DNA of 64,000 nucleotides. Source: Candidatus Tectimicrobiota bacterium. GTDB taxonomy: Bacteria > UBA8248. The position numbers were made by a program, and so were the translations under genes. Under the pieces are notes generated by a model. It was not told the origin of the DNA. It saw nothing but the letters and a program-made list of their open reading frames with translations, and made no database searches. Location: NCBI GenBank assembly GCA_016192135.1, contig JACPUR010000040.1, forward strand, positions 3,771 to 67,770, written 5' to 3'. Numbering within the stretch: the stretch's first letter is position 1; each line of letters opens with the position of its first letter. Positions 37,742 through 46,305 of this stretch are shown piece after piece.

Positions 37742-38734
37742 ATGCAACCCCCGGAGAAGCGGGAGCCCGCGGCCCCCCCGCAGGCCCCCGGCGCCCCAGA
37801 CGAGAGCACCTCACCGGCGCCCCGCCTGGACGTGATGAGCCTCGAGGAGATCGGGGCCGGCCGAGACATGACGGCCGGCTCGCCCGAGGGCTGGGATGTG
37901 GCGCCCGCCGAGGCGGCCGCCTCCGCTTCCCCCGGGCCGCCCGGGCCCGATTCTCCCGAGTTCGAACTCGACGACTCGCCGCGCCTCCCGGAGGGCGAGT
38001 CCTTCCGGGTCAAGCTCGACGGCTTCGAGGGCCCGCTGGAGCTCCTGCTCCACCTCGTGCGCGAGCACAAGCTCGACATCAACGACATCCCCATCGCCTT
38101 CATCACCGATCAGTACCTCAAGCACATCGAGCTGATGCGCAGGCTCAACATCAACATCGCCTCGGACTACCTGGTCATGGCCTCCTGGCTCGTCTACATC
38201 AAGAGCCGCACCCTGCTGCCCCAGCAGGAGGGCGACGCGCAGGAGGAGGACCCCGAGGTGCTGCGCCAGGAGCTCCAGCGCCAGCTCCTCGAGTACCAGC
38301 GGTTCAAGCGCCTCAGCCAGGCCTTCCGCCGGGCCGAGGAGGAGCAGTCGTGGGTGTTCGCGCGGGGCGGGAACGGCGACGGCATCATGCTCGACCCGGC
38401 CGACGCGGCGGAGGAGCCCCGGCTCCAGGTCACGATGTTCGACCTCATCAGCGCCATCCGGCACCTCATCGAGTCCATCGGGGAGGAGGGCGTCCACCTC
38501 GTCGAGATCGACGAGCTGGAGATGGCCGACCGCCAGACCTATCTCCTCGACGCCCTGGAGAAGGCGGGGCCGGAGGGCGTGGTCTTCCAGAAGCTCTTCG
38601 AGGGGGCGCGGGTGCTGGCCGTCGTGGTCACCTTCCTCGCCCTGCTCGAGCTGATCCGCAAGAACCTCGTCGTCGCGAGGCAATCCGCCAATTTCGCCGA
38701 AATCCGGCTCGCCAAGGCGGTGAAGGATGAATGA
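37742..38734 (+). CDS. scpA: Segregation and condensation protein A (kleisin)
   Basis: LELLLHLVREHKLDINDIPIA... classic ScpA N-terminal motif; 330 aa. Confidence 0.9.
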   Translation: MQPPEKREPAAPPQAPGAPDESTSPAPRLDVMSLEEIGAGRDMTAGSPEGWDVAPAEAAASASPGPPGPDSPEFELDDSPRLPEGESFRVKLDGFEGPLELLLHLVREHKLDINDIPIAFITDQYLKHIELMRRLNINIASDYLVMASWLVYIKSRTLLPQQEGDAQEEDPEVLRQELQRQLLEYQRFKRLSQAFRRAEEEQSWVFARGGNGDGIMLDPADAAEEPRLQVTMFDLISAIRHLIESIGEEGVHLVEIDELEMADRQTYLLDALEKAGPEGVVFQKLFEGARVLAVVVTFLALLELIRKNLVVARQSANFAEIRLAKAVKDE

Positions 38735-39803
38735 GCCCAACCGGGAAGCCGACATGAACGAGAACGATCGTTTGCAGGGCGAAGCGCAGAAAGGAGCGGC
38801 ATTCGAATTGACGGCCGACGCGATCACCCCGCCCGAGGAGGCCCGCAAGGCCCTCGCCGAGCGGCAGATGGAGGCCATCGAGGAGCCTCCCCAGGCCTCC
38901 ACCTTCGACCTCGCCGCGGCGGGAGCCGCTCCTTCCCGCGAGGGATCCGAAGGCGGGGACGAGGGAGAGGACGCCGAGGAGGGCACGCCCCTCATCGTCG
39001 AGGAGACCGAGGCCAAGCGCATCATCCTCACCCTGCTCTTCGTCGCGCACGAGCCGCTGCGCCCGCGCGACATCTCGATGATTTTCCGCGGCGTCGAGAA
39101 CATCAACGCCAAGGTGGTGCGCAGGCTCGTGGCCGAGCTCATGGAGGAGCACCGCGACCATCCCCTCCAGATCGCCGAGGTGGCCGAGGGCTACCGCATG
39201 TGCACCCGGCCCGAGTTCGGCCCCTGGGTGCGGCGGCTCCTCAAGGCGGAGCGCAAGGCCAAGCTCTCCCAGGCGGCGCTCGAGACGCTGGCGATCATCG
39301 CCTACAAGCAGCCCATCACGAAGCCCGAGGTCGAGGAGATCCGCCGGGTGGACTGCGGGGGCGTGATGACCACCCTTCTGGAGCGCAACCTCGTCCGCAT
39401 CCTGGGCCGCAAGGACGTGGTGGGCCGCCCCATCGTGTACGGCACCACGCCCCAGTTCCTCGAGTACTTCGGCTTCAAGAGCCTGGCCGACATGCCCAAG
39501 CCCGACGAATTCGAGGCGCTGGCCGGCCTCGGGCCCCAGGAGGAGGCGGACATCCTGCCCATCGGCGGCGAGGGCATGATCCCCATCCCCGAAACCGCCG
39601 GCGGCGCCTCCGCGCCCCCTGTCTCCGAGGTGCTGGACGGCCCGGCCGTGGCCGGGGCCGAGGAGGGCGAGGCGGAGGGCAACGGGCACGCGAACGGCCA
39701 CACCAACGGGCACGCGAACGGGCATTCCAACGGCCACGCCCAGGGCGGGGCCGGGGAAGAGGAGGGCGCGGCGCCCTCGGAAGAGAGCGAGCGGCAGCCC
39801 TAG
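38727..39803 (+). CDS. scpB: Segregation and condensation protein B with acidic N-terminal extension and C-terminal (NGH)x5 repeats
   Basis: ScpB winged-helix core (ILTLLFVAHEPL...LETLAIIAYKQPITKPEVEEIRRVD); 358 aa; overlaps scpA by 8 nt. Confidence 0.85.
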   Translation: MNEPNREADMNENDRLQGEAQKGAAFELTADAITPPEEARKALAERQMEAIEEPPQASTFDLAAAGAAPSREGSEGGDEGEDAEEGTPLIVEETEAKRIILTLLFVAHEPLRPRDISMIFRGVENINAKVVRRLVAELMEEHRDHPLQIAEVAEGYRMCTRPEFGPWVRRLLKAERKAKLSQAALETLAIIAYKQPITKPEVEEIRRVDCGGVMTTLLERNLVRILGRKDVVGRPIVYGTTPQFLEYFGFKSLADMPKPDEFEALAGLGPQEEADILPIGGEGMIPIPETAGGASAPPVSEVLDGPAVAGAEEGEAEGNGHANGHTNGHANGHSNGHAQGGAGEEEGAAPSEESERQP

Positions 39804-39805
39804 CC

Positions 39806-39869
39806 GTAGGGGCGGCCCCCCGTGGCCGCCCTTCTCAATGCAGGGCAGGCACGGGGGCCTGCCCCTACA
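39806..39869. repeat. Composite REP-like two-hairpin element (GTAGGGGCGGCCCCCCGTGGCCGCCC ... GGGCAGGCACGGGGGCCTGCCCCTACA), second copy
   Basis: Near-identical to 30746-30800. Confidence 0.75.
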
Positions 39870-39952
39870 CCCACTGGTTTTCCACACCGCCGCGGGCTTT
39901 CCCCCGCGGCGGTTTTTTTGCTCAAATGGCCGAAACGAACGGGAGACCTCTC

Positions 39953-40900
39953 ATGCGCTTCGGGGTCATGGCGGCGGGCGGGGTGGGCGCCTACTTCGGG
40001 GGGCTGCTCGCCCGCGCGGGAGAGGACGTGCGCTTCATCGCCCGGGGGGCTCACCTCGAGGCCATCCGGCGGGAGGGCCTGCGCGTCGAGGCGGTGGTGC
40101 CCGAGGGGGGCTTCGCGGTGAAGGCTCCCTTCGCCACGGACGACCCGGCCGGGGCGGGCGTCTGCGACGTCGTCCTCTTCTGCGTGAAGACCACCGCGAA
40201 CGAGGCGGCCATCCCCGCCATCGCGCCCATGATGGGGCCCGATAGCGTGGTCATCAGCCTGCAGAACGGGGTGGACAACGAGGACCGGCTCGCCGCCCGC
40301 TACGGCCGGGAGCGCGTCATGGGGGGCGCCGCCTACATCTTCACCTCGGTGGCGGGGCCGGGCCTCATCCGCCAGATCGGGGGGCCGAGGCGCCTCGTCT
40401 TCGGGGAGCTGGGGGGCGGCGCGAGCCCGCGCGGGGAGCGCATCCTGGCCGTCTTGAAGAACGCGCAGGTCAACGCCGAGCTCTCGGCCGACATCGAGGC
40501 CGAGCTCTGGACCAAGTTCATCTTCATCTGCGGGGTGAGCGGGATGACCGCCCTCACCCGCTCGCCGCTCGGCGAGATCATGGCCTACGAGGGCACCCGG
40601 TGGATGATGCGCGGGGTGATGCGCGAGGTCTGCGAGGTGGGCCGGGCGCGCGGGGTGCGGCTCCCCCAGGGGGCGGACGAGGACCGCTTCCGCTTCCTCG
40701 GCGAGCAGAACCCGGCGAGCAAGGGGAGCCTCTGCCACGACCTGGAGGCCGGGCGGCGGCTGGAGATCGACGCCCTGTGCGGGGCGCTCTCCCGCCTGGG
40801 GCGCGAGGCGGGCGTCGCCACACCCCTCAACGATTTCATCTACCACACCCTGAAGCTCGCGGATTTGCAGATCGCGGGCGAGGTGAAACTCAAGGCGTAG
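39953..40900 (+). CDS. panE: 2-dehydropantoate 2-reductase (PanE/ApbA family)
   Basis: N-terminal Rossmann GAGGVGAYFGGLLARAG; ApbA C-terminal domain; GGGAG RBS. Confidence 0.8.
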   Translation: MRFGVMAAGGVGAYFGGLLARAGEDVRFIARGAHLEAIRREGLRVEAVVPEGGFAVKAPFATDDPAGAGVCDVVLFCVKTTANEAAIPAIAPMMGPDSVVISLQNGVDNEDRLAARYGRERVMGGAAYIFTSVAGPGLIRQIGGPRRLVFGELGGGASPRGERILAVLKNAQVNAELSADIEAELWTKFIFICGVSGMTALTRSPLGEIMAYEGTRWMMRGVMREVCEVGRARGVRLPQGADEDRFRFLGEQNPASKGSLCHDLEAGRRLEIDALCGALSRLGREAGVATPLNDFIYHTLKLADLQIAGEVKLKA

Positions 40901-41426
40901 CCGGAGCCGCCTTTTCTTCTTTTTCTTCTTTCGCCCACCCCTCGATGAAGGCGTCCGCCTCGCGCAGGTAGCGGGCGAGCTGGCGCGCGACGTTCGTCAT
41001 GACCTTGGCTCGCAGGAAGGGCGACGGCGCACCGAGAACCTCGGCGCTCGCGGCCAGCAGGACCGTCTTCTTCATCGCCCAGGCGCTCCCGCTCCGGGGG
41101 GCCACCTCCAACAGCGCCATCTCCCCGAACGCGTCCCCCGGCCCCAGGCGCACCTCGTGCTTGTGAGCGCCGCCCGGCACGACCGACACCTGGCCCGAGA
41201 CGACGATGTACATGCAGCCGCCCGGCTCCCCGCGCTGGAAAATGAGAGACCCCTCGTCGAAGGACTCCATGCGGCACAGCCGCAGGAACTCTCTCACTTC
41301 GCTCTCCTGCATGGAGGAGAAAAAGGCGCATGTTTTTTGGAGCTTGACCAGGACGTACTGAAGGCGCTCCGGGAGCGCCCGCCTGAAGACCACCTTCTGG
41401 ACGCCCGCCCCCCCGCTCCCGGCCAT
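40890..41426 (-). CDS. Standalone cyclic-nucleotide-binding (CAP effector) domain protein
   Basis: cNMP-binding signature FGEMALL...RSGSAWA; start at MAGSGG with GAGGGAAGG RBS; no HTH. Confidence 0.7.
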   Translation of the reverse strand: MAGSGGAGVQKVVFRRALPERLQYVLVKLQKTCAFFSSMQESEVREFLRLCRMESFDEGSLIFQRGEPGGCMYIVVSGQVSVVPGGAHKHEVRLGPGDAFGEMALLEVAPRSGSAWAMKKTVLLAASAEVLGAPSPFLRAKVMTNVARQLARYLREADAFIEGWAKEEKEEKAAPATP

Positions 41427-41623
41427 CGGCCAGCCTTCCCTCATGGGGAGCACAGCAAGCCCTCTCCCTCCCGCCGCACGGAGCCTCGCGCGCCCGGCGG
41501 ATGCTGTAAAATGCCCTGCGCATGTAACGCCGGATGGGGCGGTCTTAATTCCTCCCCGGGCCGCGGTGCGGGAAAATACGATCCCCCTGCCGTGAAAAAA
41601 CGATCTCAACTTGAGAGGCGGCC

Positions 41624-42094
41624 ATGCCCCGCCACTGGCTCATGAAGACCGAGCCCGAGGTCTTCTCCTTCGACGACCTCCTCGCCAAGCCCGGGAAGAC
41701 CGACCGCTGGGAGGGGGTGCGCAACTACCTCGCGCGCAACCACATGAGGGCGATGAAGAAGGGCGACCGGGTGCTCTTCTACCACTCGAACGCCGGCCCC
41801 CCGCACGTCGCGGGGCTGGCCGAGGTGGTCCGCGAGGCCTACCCCGACCCCACCGCCTTCGACCGGAAGTCCAGGTATTACGATCCCAAGTCCAGCCCCG
41901 GGAACCCGCGCTGGTTCATGGTGGACGTCCGCGCCCTCTCCAAGCTCCCCCGCCCCGTGGCCCTCCCCGAGATGAAGGCCAATCCCAGGCTCAAGGACAT
42001 GCCCGTCGTCCGGCCCTTCCAGCGCCTCTCCGTCCAGCCCGTCACGAAGGAGGAGTTCGAGGAGGTGGTGAGGATGGGGAAGGGGAAGGGCTAA
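41624..42094 (+). CDS. EVE (PUA-like, THYN1-type) domain protein
   Basis: WLMKTEPEVFSFDDL...VRNYLARNHMRAMKKGDRVLFYHS... matches PF01878 core. Confidence 0.8.
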   Translation: MPRHWLMKTEPEVFSFDDLLAKPGKTDRWEGVRNYLARNHMRAMKKGDRVLFYHSNAGPPHVAGLAEVVREAYPDPTAFDRKSRYYDPKSSPGNPRWFMVDVRALSKLPRPVALPEMKANPRLKDMPVVRPFQRLSVQPVTKEEFEEVVRMGKGKG

Positions 42095-42205
42095 AACGGC
42101 CAAGCTCTCGGTTGTCATGCTAAGCGAAGCATCTTCGTCAGCGGCCACTCGGCTAGATTCCTCGCGGAGTTTACCCTGAGCGCAAGCGCAGGGCTCGGAA
42201 TGACA
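42078..42205. repeat. MITE-like element copy 2 (provides the TAA stop of the EVE gene)
   Basis: ~90% identical to copy 3 over ~125 bp; termini GGTTGTCATGCT...CTCGGAATGACA. Confidence 0.7.
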
Positions 42206-42219
42206 CCCAAACCGTTCCG

Positions 42220-42606
42220 CTACTTTTCTCCGAGCACATCCCCCTCCTCGAACAGCATCAGGTACGGCTCGCCGAACTGGCGGGGGCTCCCGAGGTCCCA
42301 GTCCTCGGCGCTGTCCCAGGGCTTGAGGCGCACCCCCCAGTCCCCGCCAAAGACCAGGTGGACGACCGCCCCGCCCGAGTCCGAGACGGGGGCGTAGAGG
42401 GCCGGGCAGGGGGTGCCGCCCCCCGCGCTGCTCCAGCCGGTGACGCGGTAGAGGCCGGGGGGCCGGCCGGGCTCGGCCAGGCGCACCCGGGAGACCTCCA
42501 CGGGCGCCGCCAGGGCCTCGTAGGCCATGGCGGGCATGCGGGGGCAGTTCTCGTTCTCGTCCACCTCGAGGGTGAGGGTTTCGGCCATGCCCGGATTCTC
42601 GCGCAT
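42220..42606 (-). CDS. Hypothetical protein (129-161 aa; start uncertain)
   Basis: Non-repetitive composition, no recognisable motif; weak RBS at all candidate starts. Confidence 0.45.
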   Translation of the reverse strand: MRENPGMAETLTLEVDENENCPRMPAMAYEALAAPVEVSRVRLAEPGRPPGLYRVTGWSSAGGGTPCPALYAPVSDSGGAVVHLVFGGDWGVRLKPWDSAEDWDLGSPRQFGEPYLMLFEEGDVLGEK

Positions 42607-42667
42607 CCGGGGGGCCGGTGAAACTCCCGCATCGGGCGCAAGGCCGGCACCAAAAGCCGACAAAAAA

Positions 42668-42695
42668 GTAGGGGCGTTCAATTGAACGCCCCTAC
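42668..42695. repeat. REP-like palindrome GTAGGGGCGTTCAATTGAACGCCCCTAC
   Basis: Perfect 28-nt palindrome. Confidence 0.75.
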
Positions 42696-42740
42696 TTGAG
42701 TGCACCGCCGGTGACGAAGGAGGAACATGACGAGGCCGCG

Positions 42741-42871
42741 AGGAGGAAGAAGGACTAAAACATTCGGAGCTCTTTGGTTGTCATGCTGAGCGAAGCATCT
42801 TCGTCAGCGGCTACACACGCAGATTCCTCGCGGAGTTTACCCTGAGCGCAAGCGCAGGGCTCGGAATGACA
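42741..42871. repeat. MITE-like element copy 3
   Basis: See copy 2; preceded by a strong RBS+ATG orphan 20-codon ORF. Confidence 0.7.
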
Positions 42872-42895
42872 ATGACCTTGGTGTCCTCCCAAAAC

Positions 42896-42923
42896 GCAGG
42901 GGCGTTCGATGGAACGCCCCTGC
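42896..42923. repeat. REP-like palindrome GCAGGGGCGTTCGATGGAACGCCCCTGC
   Basis: Perfect 28-nt palindrome. Confidence 0.75.
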
Positions 42924-42968
42924 GAAACCTTCAGCCTCAATGACGCTTCAAAAAATTCTTCGCGCTTC

Positions 42969-43448
42969 CTATGTGTTCTTCCGGATGACCGGCCGGCGCG
43001 CCTGGGGGCTGCGGAAGCGCAGCGCACCGCCGCTGGGCGCGGCGGGGGGCACGGGGCGCTCGGGGACGTGGGCCAGCGGGGGGTCGGGCACCCGGCTGAG
43101 GTGGGGCTCCGGCGCGCGGGGGCGGGGAGCGGGCGCTTCGAGATCCCGGAGGCGGGAGTGGACCTCGGGCTCTCTCTTTTGGGACGGCGGGACGGCGGGA
43201 GGCTCCGGGAAGTCGAAGACCGCCCGGGCGCGCGCCGCATCCCGGCCGTCTTCCTCCTCGAGGAGCAGGAAGAGGTCCTCGAGGCGGGTGTCGAGGCGGT
43301 GGAGGGTTTCCTCCATCCGGCCCAGCCCGAGGTACCAGCGCAGGAAAGGACGCATGAGGATCAGGGCGGCCGCCGCCCCGAGGGCGGCGAAGAGGAGCAA
43401 GACGGCTTCGGGGGCGAACTGGAGGAGGAAGGCGCGGTCCATCTCCAT
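42969..43448 (-). CDS. Hypothetical single-pass membrane protein with Pro-rich C-terminus
   Basis: One TM helix (AVLLLFAALGAAAALILM) after MEMDRAF start. Confidence 0.45.
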   Translation of the reverse strand: MEMDRAFLLQFAPEAVLLLFAALGAAAALILMRPFLRWYLGLGRMEETLHRLDTRLEDLFLLLEEEDGRDAARARAVFDFPEPPAVPPSQKREPEVHSRLRDLEAPAPRPRAPEPHLSRVPDPPLAHVPERPVPPAAPSGGALRFRSPQARRPVIRKNT

Positions 43449-43560
43449 TCCCTTCGGGCCCGGAGGCGGAGCGGCGGCCTCTCCCCGCCCGGGGCCGGGC
43501 AGTCCCCGGGCGCGCACCTTCACTATACGCTCGGGGATGGGGCCGGGGGCTAGCGGGTGT

Positions 43561-44910
43561 TTACCCGAATTTCGCCATGCCGGCTTCCCGGAGGATGCGC
43601 CGGCCGGACTCGGCGAGCTCTTCCATCCTTTGCGCGAGGCCGGGGGCGAGGAGCCGCCCGCCGCGCTTGCGGAACTCGCCGGCCACGAGGACGGTGTCCA
43701 CGTTCCCGGGGTTCGCGTGGAAGACCACGGCCTCGACGGAGTCGTGGACGGGGGAGAGGTTCAGGTCCTTCCGGATGAGGATGATGTCGGCCTGCTTGCC
43801 CGGGGTGAGGGAGCCGGTGCGGTGCCCCAGCCCGAGGGCGCGGGCGCCCTCGATGGTGGCCCATTCAATCGCCCGCCGGCAGCTCACCACCACCCGCTCC
43901 GGGGCCTGGCCCTGGCGCAGGAGCCAGCCGTTCGCCGTGGACCGCCAGAACTGGAGCCCCACCCGCATCGGGGTGAACATCTCGCCGGCGACGTTGGATT
44001 CGATGTCCACCCCCAGGGAAGGGGCGCCGCCCGCGACCACGAACCGCCCGCAGATCGGGTCGCCGTGCCCCATCTGCATCTCCACCTCGGGGCAGGCAGT
44101 GAGGGTGGTCCCGGACTCGGCGATGAGGTGAAGTTCATCGTCGGTGAACTGGTTGCCGTGCACGATGTTGAAGTGGGGGCCGAGGAGGCCGTCCCGGTGA
44201 AGCCGCGGAATGGCGTCCGGGCACTCGCGGACGAGGCGGCCGCCGATGTGGGCGCTCGCCACCAGGCCGTGCTCGTAGGCGAGGCGGATGTCCTTCGCCG
44301 CCACCTCGTAAGGGGTCTGGTCGGGGCCCCGCAGGGCCATGCCGAGGGTGACGCGCGCGCCGTCGTCGCGGAGGCGGTCCCGGAGGCGGCGCACCTCCTC
44401 CGCCGGATGGGGGATGTCCGCGGGGCTCGCGCTCCCCGTCTTGTCCCACCGCGCCGTGCCGTGGCCGAAGACGGCGCGGACGCCCGAGTCGAAGTGGGCG
44501 TCGATGGCGCGGTCGGAGTGCCCGGGTGTGGGGTTGTTGTGGCACCAGTCGAAGAGGGAGGTGATGCCGGAGTCCAGGTGGTTCCAGCCGCCCACGAGGT
44601 TGGCGAGGTAGATGTCCTCGGCGGTGAAGTGGCGCGCGAGGTTCAGGTGCATGGTGCGGTAGTAGTCGGCGAGGGTCCAGTCCCCGGCCACCCCGCGCAG
44701 GCCCGTCTGCCAGAGGTGGACGTGGGCGTCCACGAACCCGGGCAGGACGATCATCCCGGAGGCGTCCACCGGCTCGGCGCCGGAGGCGTCCACCACCTGG
44801 CCCACGGCGGCGATCCGGTCGCCGTCGACGAGGACGCTCCCGCCCCGGATGTCTCCCAGGGCGGGATCCATGGTGATCAGGTCGCCGCCGCGGATGAGGA
44901 CCCTGGCCAT
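43561..44910 (-). CDS. Metal-dependent amidohydrolase (cytosine/guanine deaminase - chlorohydrolase family, SsnA/AtzA-like)
   Basis: HVHLWQ metal-binding HxH, ...HGNQ..., ...D... of Amidohydro_1; 449 aa. Confidence 0.8.
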   Translation of the reverse strand: MARVLIRGGDLITMDPALGDIRGGSVLVDGDRIAAVGQVVDASGAEPVDASGMIVLPGFVDAHVHLWQTGLRGVAGDWTLADYYRTMHLNLARHFTAEDIYLANLVGGWNHLDSGITSLFDWCHNNPTPGHSDRAIDAHFDSGVRAVFGHGTARWDKTGSASPADIPHPAEEVRRLRDRLRDDGARVTLGMALRGPDQTPYEVAAKDIRLAYEHGLVASAHIGGRLVRECPDAIPRLHRDGLLGPHFNIVHGNQFTDDELHLIAESGTTLTACPEVEMQMGHGDPICGRFVVAGGAPSLGVDIESNVAGEMFTPMRVGLQFWRSTANGWLLRQGQAPERVVVSCRRAIEWATIEGARALGLGHRTGSLTPGKQADIILIRKDLNLSPVHDSVEAVVFHANPGNVDTVLVAGEFRKRGGRLLAPGLAQRMEELAESGRRILREAGMAKFG

Positions 44911-45054
44911 GAATCTTCTCTCCTTCCCATCCGCCCGCGCTTTCGGCTGTTCCCCCTCCCTCCGGGAGGTCGGGCCCGCATGGGCCCGAGGGGGGAGGGA
45001 GATCCCGGCTCCGCCCCCTCCTCAGCCCTCCCCCGGAGGGGGAGGGTGAAATGC

Positions 45055-46164
45055 TCACCCGCCCGCGGGCGGGGCGAAGTTCCGCAGGGACGCCTCGTCG
45101 AACTCGATCCCCAGCCCCGGCCTGTCCGGGAGGACGAAGAAACCGTCCTTCACGGGCATGGGCTCCTTCAGGATGGGCTCCCACCAGGGCATGTGCTCGC
45201 ACCAGACGGCGTGCGGGCAGGCGCTCATGAGGTGGGCCGAAACCTCGTGGAAGAGGTGCGGGGTGATCGGCTTGCCGAACTTCTCCGCCAGCCGTGCCGA
45301 GCGGAGCCAGCCCGTCACCCCCGCGCAGCGCTCCAGGTCCGCCATCAGCACGTCCGCGCCCCCGGCCTCCAGGATGCGCGCCAGGCCTCCCGGGCCGTAG
45401 TTCGTCTCCCCGGCGCAGATGTCGGTGGCGCTCTCCCCGGCGAGGGCGGCCATGGCGGGTATGTCCTCGTGGTCGACGGGCTCCTCGATCCAGACGAGGC
45501 GCTCCGCCTCGAGCTCCCGGCAGGCGCGGCGGGCATGCTCAAGGCCCCAGCCCTGGTTGGCGTCCACCATGAGCGGGAAGTCCTCTCCTATGGCTTCGCG
45601 CACCGCGCGCACCCGGCCGAGGTCCTCCTCCAGGGAGGGCTTGCCGAGGCGCAGCTTCATGGCCCGGAAGCCGCGCCCCTTGAGGGAGGCCGCCTCCCGC
45701 TGGAGCTCGTCGCGGGAGGCGTTGAGCCACAGGCCCTCGCTCGCGTAGCAGGGGATCTCCCGCCGGGCGCCCCCGAGGAGCCTCCACAGCGGCTGGCCCG
45801 CGGCCTGGGCGGCGATGTCCCAGCAGGCGGTGTCGAGCGCCCCGATGGCCATGGCGCTGAGGCCCTCGCGGCCGACGAAGCTCGCCGAGCGGCGCATGGC
45901 CTCCCAGTTGGCCTCGGCGTCGCGCGGATCCTTGCCGGCGATGACCCCGAAGAGGTCCCGCACCATGGCCATGAGGGCCCGCGCCCGCTCGGGGCCGAAG
46001 GCGAAGCACCAGCCGATGCCCTTCAGGCCCTCCCGGGTGCGGACGGTGACGGCGCAGGTGTCCACGGCGGGGAGCCGGAAGGTCGAAACCTCGAGCGGCC
46101 GGGGCAGCGGCACCCGCACGTGGGCCGGGGTGGCCATCAGGAGGGTGAGGGACGAAGCGGCCAT
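45055..46164 (-). CDS. Enolase-superfamily enzyme (mandelate racemase / muconate-lactonizing-enzyme family)
   Basis: KLRLGKPSLEEDL...MVDANQGW...IEEPV metal-ligand pattern (Lys-x-Lys, D, E, D); start at MAASSL. Confidence 0.8.
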   Translation of the reverse strand: MAASSLTLLMATPAHVRVPLPRPLEVSTFRLPAVDTCAVTVRTREGLKGIGWCFAFGPERARALMAMVRDLFGVIAGKDPRDAEANWEAMRRSASFVGREGLSAMAIGALDTACWDIAAQAAGQPLWRLLGGARREIPCYASEGLWLNASRDELQREAASLKGRGFRAMKLRLGKPSLEEDLGRVRAVREAIGEDFPLMVDANQGWGLEHARRACRELEAERLVWIEEPVDHEDIPAMAALAGESATDICAGETNYGPGGLARILEAGGADVLMADLERCAGVTGWLRSARLAEKFGKPITPHLFHEVSAHLMSACPHAVWCEHMPWWEPILKEPMPVKDGFFVLPDRPGLGIEFDEASLRNFAPPAGG

Positions 46165-46305
46165 GCTCGGGCACTCCCTGGCCGGAAGCCGGAAAGAACG
46201 ATAAGGGAAAGGGCTCCGCACAGATTACCCCCTCCCGGGGGGAATGGCTATAATCCCTTTTGCGAACAAATGTGCCGCGCCCTTCTCCATTCCAGCGGGT
46301 AGCCC

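Noticed and set aside
41427-41623. Looked for a tRNA or riboswitch in the 200-bp spacer upstream of the EVE gene, and for tRNA genes in other long spacers
   Set aside because: No cloverleaf-compatible stems or conserved T/D-loop motifs could be traced; likely plain promoter/leader sequence
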